A stretch of DNA of 64,000 bases, taken from assembly GCA_037442205.1 (NCBI GenBank), contig JBBIQS010000048.1, forward strand, positions 162 through 64,161, given 5' to 3'. The notes beneath the pieces are model-generated. The model worked only from the letters and a program-made list of their open reading frames with translations, was not told where the DNA came from and made no database searches. Origin of the DNA: Myxococcales bacterium. Its GTDB lineage: Bacteria; Myxococcota; Myxococcia; Myxococcales; UBA5297. The position numbers and the translations under genes are program-made. Positions within the stretch are counted from its first letter, which is position 1. Every line of letters starts with the position of its first letter. Positions 58,465 to 64,000 of this stretch are shown here, one piece after another.

Positions 58465-59808
58465 CTATTCGCCTTCAATGCGCTTGAGGAAGGTCGGATA
58501 GCTCAGCCCAAGCACCCGGGCGGCCTCCATCCGCTTCCCGCCCAGCTGCTCGAGCACGTACTGCGCATAGAGCCGCTCGACCTGCTCCATGGGAATGGGC
58601 GGCCCGGGGATGCCGAAGCCTCCGGAGGCGGCGGTCCCCGAGGCGGCGCGCGGGCCGTCGAGGAATTCCAGCGTCAGCTCCGGGCCAGGCTCGAGCACCA
58701 GCGCCCGCTCGAGGATGTTGCGCAGCTCGCGCACGTTGCCCGGAAAGTCGTAGCCCATCAGCCGCGCCCTGGCCTTCTCTCCCAGCCGGGCCTCGCGCTT
58801 GCCCAGCTCGCCGCGCAGGCCGGTCAGGATCCCCTCCGCCAGCGGCAGCACGTCGTCGCGCCGCGCCCGCAGCGTCGGCACGTCCACCCGGAACACGCTC
58901 AGCCGGAACCACAGGTCCTCGCGGAAGGTCCCGTCCTTGATCTGCGCCTGCAGGTCGCGGTTGGTCGCCGCCACGATCCGCGCGTTGCTCGACTGCTCGC
59001 TGGTTCCGCCCAGCCGACGGAAGCGCCCCGAGTCGAGGAAGGTCAGCAACTTGGCCTGCAGCGTCAGCGGCAGCTCGCCGACCTCGTCCAAGAACAGCGT
59101 TCCGCCGTTGGCGATCTCAACCAGGCCGCGGCGGGCGGCGCGGGCGTCAGTGAACGCCCCCTTCTCGTGCCCGAACAGCTCGCTCTCGAAGGTGGTCGCC
59201 GGAAGCGCCGCGCAGTTCAGGTGGACGAACGGCGCCTCGTCCCCGGCTCCCAGCTGGTGGAGGTGGCGCGCCAGCACCTCCTTGCCGCTGCCGGTCTCGC
59301 CCAGCAGCAGCACCGGGCTGCGCGGGCTCTGGGCGATGCGCCCGATCATCTCCAGCACCTTCTTCATCGCTGCCGACTGCGGCGGGATCAGCCGGCGGCG
59401 CCCGGAGAGCTCGGCCTCGGCCTGCTGCAGCCGGTCGCGCAGGCGCACCGACTCGAAGGCCCGCCGGGCCTTCAAGACCAGGTCCCCCAGCTCCACCGGC
59501 TTGACCACGTAGTCGGCCGCCCCCTGGCGCATGGCCTCCACCGCCGCCGCCACGTCGGAGTGGGCGGTCACCACCAGCACCACCGCCTCCGGCGCCGCTG
59601 CCCGCAGCTCGGGGAGGAAGGCCAGCCCGTCGCCGTCCGGCAGCCGTTTGTCCAGGATGATCAGCTGGCAGGACTCCTTGGCCAGCGCCCCCCGCGCCTC
59701 GTGCAGCGAGTGGGCGACCTGGACTCCAAAGCCTTCGCGGGCCAGCGCCGCGCCGGCCAGGGTTCCGAAGGCGCGGTCGTCGTCGACGAGCAGGGTGGTG
59801 ACGTTCAT
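58465..59808 (-). CDS. sigma54-dependent NtrC-family response regulator
   Basis: ATGA overlap; REC domain; GETGSGKE, ESELFGHEKGAFTDA, LFLDEVGE, FPGNVREL; Fis-type HTH. Confidence 0.96.
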   Translation of the reverse strand: MNVTTLLVDDDRAFGTLAGAALAREGFGVQVAHSLHEARGALAKESCQLIILDKRLPDGDGLAFLPELRAAAPEAVVLVVTAHSDVAAAVEAMRQGAADYVVKPVELGDLVLKARRAFESVRLRDRLQQAEAELSGRRRLIPPQSAAMKKVLEMIGRIAQSPRSPVLLLGETGSGKEVLARHLHQLGAGDEAPFVHLNCAALPATTFESELFGHEKGAFTDARAARRGLVEIANGGTLFLDEVGELPLTLQAKLLTFLDSGRFRRLGGTSEQSSNARIVAATNRDLQAQIKDGTFREDLWFRLSVFRVDVPTLRARRDDVLPLAEGILTGLRGELGKREARLGEKARARLMGYDFPGNVRELRNILERALVLEPGPELTLEFLDGPRAASGTAASGGFGIPGPPIPMEQVERLYAQYVLEQLGGKRMEAARVLGLSYPTFLKRIEGE

Positions 59809-61439
59809 GGCGTAGTGCTCCCAGAGGGAAGGCGGATGGTAAACCGGCAGCCGGCCGACGTCCGCTCGAAATCGAGCGTGCCCCCTTGCTGCTCGACGGC
59901 CCGCCGGGCCATCAGCAGCCCCAGCCCGATGCCCTTGGCCTTGCTGGTCTGGAACGGCTGGAACAGCCGCTCCTCGAAGCCCGGGGGCGGTCCGCCCGCC
60001 CGATCCTCGACCGCGATCCGTTTCTCGCGCTCGCCGGCGGAGAGGGTGATCTGCACGCTGGGGTCGGGCAGCCGGCCCAGGTCCTTGGCCGAGGCCGAGG
60101 CCTCGATGGCGTTGCGCACCAGGTTGTCGATGGCGGTGGTCAGCAGCAGCGGGTCGCAGGGGGCGCTGAGCGGCTCGAGGGCGGCGTCGATGGCCACCTC
60201 GCCGGCCTCGGGCAGGATTCGCAGCGCCTCCACCGCCTGGCGCACCACCGCCGCCAGGTCGCTCTCCACCAGCAGCGCGTTGGTCGGCCGCGAGAACTCC
60301 AGCAGGCTGGTCGCCAGGTGTCTGAGCCGATCGATCTGCCCTTTGATCACCGGCAGTACCGCCGAGGTGGTGCCCGAGTCGCCGGAGAGCGGGGAGACGG
60401 CGGCGTTGAGGACGTTGAGGGCGTTGCGCACCTCGTGGGCGATCAGCGAGGAGGCCCCGCCCAGCGCCGCCAGCTTCTCCTGCTGCACCGCCCGCCGCTC
60501 CATCGCCAGGAAGCGCCGGTAGACCCGGCGCACGAACAGGGTCAGCAAGAGCACCGCGGCGATCTGCACCGAGCTGACCAGCACCAGCTCCAGCAGGAAG
60601 CGCTGGCGCATCGGCGCCAGCAGCCGGGCCTCCGGCGCCGCCAGCACCAGCCGCAGCCCGGTGCGCCCGATCTCGGTGGCCGCCGCCCACTGCTCCTCGC
60701 CGCCGGCGCTGACCGCCATCCCCTGCGGCTGGCGCAGCAGCGAGCCGACCATCTCCTCCAGCCGCGGCAAGGCCAGCAGCGAGGAGCCGGCCGCGCCGAT
60801 CGCGTCCCCGGTCGAGTCGAGCAGCACCAGCTCGGCGTCGTCGGCGCGCTGGCCCAGCGGCAGGGCGATGTGCGCTGACTCCAGCAGCCCGATGGCCGCC
60901 CCGGTCACCTTGCCCCCGCGCAGCACCGGCACCGCCACCGCCAGGGTGCTCGACGAGCCGTCGAGGATGTCCACCACCGGGGTCTGCCGGGCCAGCAGCC
61001 GCTGGAACCAGTTGTGGCGCTCGACGTTCTCCCCTAGCACCGGCAGCGGGCTGGGCTCGGCCCAGGCCAGCTTCCCCTCGGAGTCGACCAGTGCCACCCC
61101 AGTGGCGAACAGCGCCGAGCCCTGGTGCGTGGTGGCCAGCAGCTCGCGCTCCGGCGAGCTGCTCTCGTCGCGCAGGTCCACTTCGGGCCGGGCCGCCAGC
61201 CGCAACAGCTCGGCCTGCAGCAGCGCCAGATGGCGATCGAGCGCCTCAGCGTACAGCCGCAGATCGTGTACCAGGTGGGCGCGCTGGGTGGAGCGCAGCT
61301 CGGCGACGTCGCTGCGGTAGGAGATCAGCGGCCCGCCGACGGCGGTCACCGCCGCCAGCACGAAGACCGCCAGCACCGACCGCCCCAGCTGACCTTCGGC
61401 TTGGGCGCTGCTGGGGCCGGGATGTTCGGGGGCCGACAT
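59805..61439 (-). CDS. Membrane sensor histidine kinase (periplasmic Cache-like domain)
   Basis: Two TMs; AHEVRNAL, NLVRNAIEA, FQPFQTSK..GIGLGL. Confidence 0.92.
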   Translation of the reverse strand: MSAPEHPGPSSAQAEGQLGRSVLAVFVLAAVTAVGGPLISYRSDVAELRSTQRAHLVHDLRLYAEALDRHLALLQAELLRLAARPEVDLRDESSSPERELLATTHQGSALFATGVALVDSEGKLAWAEPSPLPVLGENVERHNWFQRLLARQTPVVDILDGSSSTLAVAVPVLRGGKVTGAAIGLLESAHIALPLGQRADDAELVLLDSTGDAIGAAGSSLLALPRLEEMVGSLLRQPQGMAVSAGGEEQWAAATEIGRTGLRLVLAAPEARLLAPMRQRFLLELVLVSSVQIAAVLLLTLFVRRVYRRFLAMERRAVQQEKLAALGGASSLIAHEVRNALNVLNAAVSPLSGDSGTTSAVLPVIKGQIDRLRHLATSLLEFSRPTNALLVESDLAAVVRQAVEALRILPEAGEVAIDAALEPLSAPCDPLLLTTAIDNLVRNAIEASASAKDLGRLPDPSVQITLSAGEREKRIAVEDRAGGPPPGFEERLFQPFQTSKAKGIGLGLLMARRAVEQQGGTLDFERTSAGCRFTIRLPSGSTTP

Positions 61440-61447
61440 GGGCCGGC

Positions 61448-61476
61448 AGCTTGGGCAAGAGCCGGCGGCAGGTCAA
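61448..61476 (-). promoter_or_regulatory. Putative promoter of the histidine kinase gene (probably leaderless)
   Basis: TTGACC-N17-CAAGCT ending 8 nt before ATG 61439. Confidence 0.4.
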
Positions 61477-61591
61477 GCGGCGTTGGCGAGCGGCCGCCGG
61501 GCGGGCGGGGCGGGAGCCGGTCGCCGGCCTTGAAAGCGGGGGCCGGGCCGTGACATTTTCTGGCCGTTCCCTTCACCTCGCGAGGACGTCC

Positions 61592-63169
<1,578 letters not shown>

Positions 63170-63232
63170 CGGGGCGTCGGCGGCCGGCGCGCGCCGCCGG
63201 CCGAGCGCGGTTTCAGTCGCGGGTGAAAGACC

Positions 63233-64000
63233 TCAGACCAGCTCGACCCGGATGACCTGCAGGCCGATCCGGACGCAGTCGCCGGCGGCCAGGGCCCGCT
63301 CGGCGCGCGGCGGCAGGCGGAGGTAGGTCCCGTCCTGGCTGCCCAGGTCGCGCAGCGACGCCGCCCCGTTCTCCACCGCGACCTCGCAGTGCCGGGGGCC
63401 GAGGAAGGCGTCGTTGGGGAAGCTCAGGTCGCAGCCGGTGCGGCCGACGCTGATCGACGGTCCGGCGCGCACGCAGGCCCGGCCGGGGCGCCCGCCCTCG
63501 AAGAGCTCCTCCACCGCATAGAGCATCGGGGCCGGTGCCGGTGCGCCGTAGACCAGCGGGTTGGAGGTGGCGGGCGCGGGCAGCGGACCGGCGAAGCGCA
63601 GCAGGTGGTCGCCGGCGGCGAACAGGCTCCCCGGGGTCAGCGGCTCGGCCCCGCGGATGGCCACGTAGGTGCCCGACGGGCTGCCCTCGTCGCGCACGAA
63701 GAGCTTGCCGTCCTTGAAATGGAAGGTGGCGTGCAGCGGCGCCAGGTAGGGGTCCTCGGGGAAGAGCAGGGTGCCCTTGGAGGCGCCGGCCTGGACCGCC
63801 GGAGTGGCCGGGATCCGGAAGACGGTCCCGGCGTTGGAGCCGCGCAGCACCGTCAGGCGGGCCTTCTCGGCAGCCGCGGCCGCGGGGCGCTGGGCGGCGG
63901 GCGCGGGAGTGGCCGGCGACTGCCAGTCGGCCGGCTGAGTCCCGGCCGACGGCGCGGCAGGCGGCGAGGGCGGCCCTCGGCCCCTTCGGGGACGCCGTCG
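63233..64000 (-). CDS. Tandem FHA-like domain protein (5' end outside window)
   Basis: Frame open to the window edge; FP.D.YLAPLHA..VRDEGS.SGTY and VGR..FPND.FL..RHC..DLGSQDGTY. Confidence 0.85.
   Translation of the reverse strand, partial: RRRPRRGRGPPSPPAAPSAGTQPADWQSPATPAPAAQRPAAAAAEKARLTVLRGSNAGTVFRIPATPAVQAGASKGTLLFPEDPYLAPLHATFHFKDGKLFVRDEGSPSGTYVAIRGAEPLTPGSLFAAGDHLLRFAGPLPAPATSNPLVYGAPAPAPMLYAVEELFEGGRPGRACVRAGPSISVGRTGCDLSFPNDAFLGPRHCEVAVENGAASLRDLGSQDGTYLRLPPRAERALAAGDCVRIGLQVIRVELV

Noticed and set aside
52502-61591. Mobile element boundaries around the efflux block
   Set aside because: No transposase, integrase, terminal inverted repeats or target-site duplication seen

Overview
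Very GC-rich chromosomal DNA that looks like a Myxococcota (myxobacterium-like) genome. The evidence is Hanks-type Ser/Thr kinases, FHA proteins, an AgmX/PglI-type domain, Cys-rich lipoproteins, an ECF/anti-sigma/caspase module and a lid-less Hsp70. I call about 45 protein-coding genes and found no rRNA, tRNA, CRISPR array, integrase or transposase. Housekeeping genes (lptD, ybeY, recX, a DTW-family gene, prfC, thiC, a dksA-like gene, a YbaK-family gene) are interspersed with envelope and accessory modules. (i) A lipase, FadL, 5'-nucleotidase and gingipain-like hydrolase cluster (11.5-19.0 kb). (ii) A translationally coupled operon of OM beta-barrel, FecR-like lipoprotein and membrane Ser/Thr kinase; the barrel and kinase share an 80-aa domain (22.6-28.0 kb). 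(iii) A 5'-nucleotidase, multi-OB-fold lipoprotein and OM barrel operon behind a structured 5' leader (37.5-43.5 kb). (iv) A beta-propeller lipoprotein split by a single in-frame TAG, followed by an ECF sigma, an anti-sigma and a caspase-barrel fusion (43.9-48.7 kb). (v) A DacZ-type diadenylate cyclase divergent from dksA. (vi) A sigma54-controlled CzcCBA-like RND pump with its two-component system, lying inside an FHA/kinase cluster. All calls come from reading motifs by eye and no database searches were run. Most long ORFs in the supplied track are GC-rich shadow frames.
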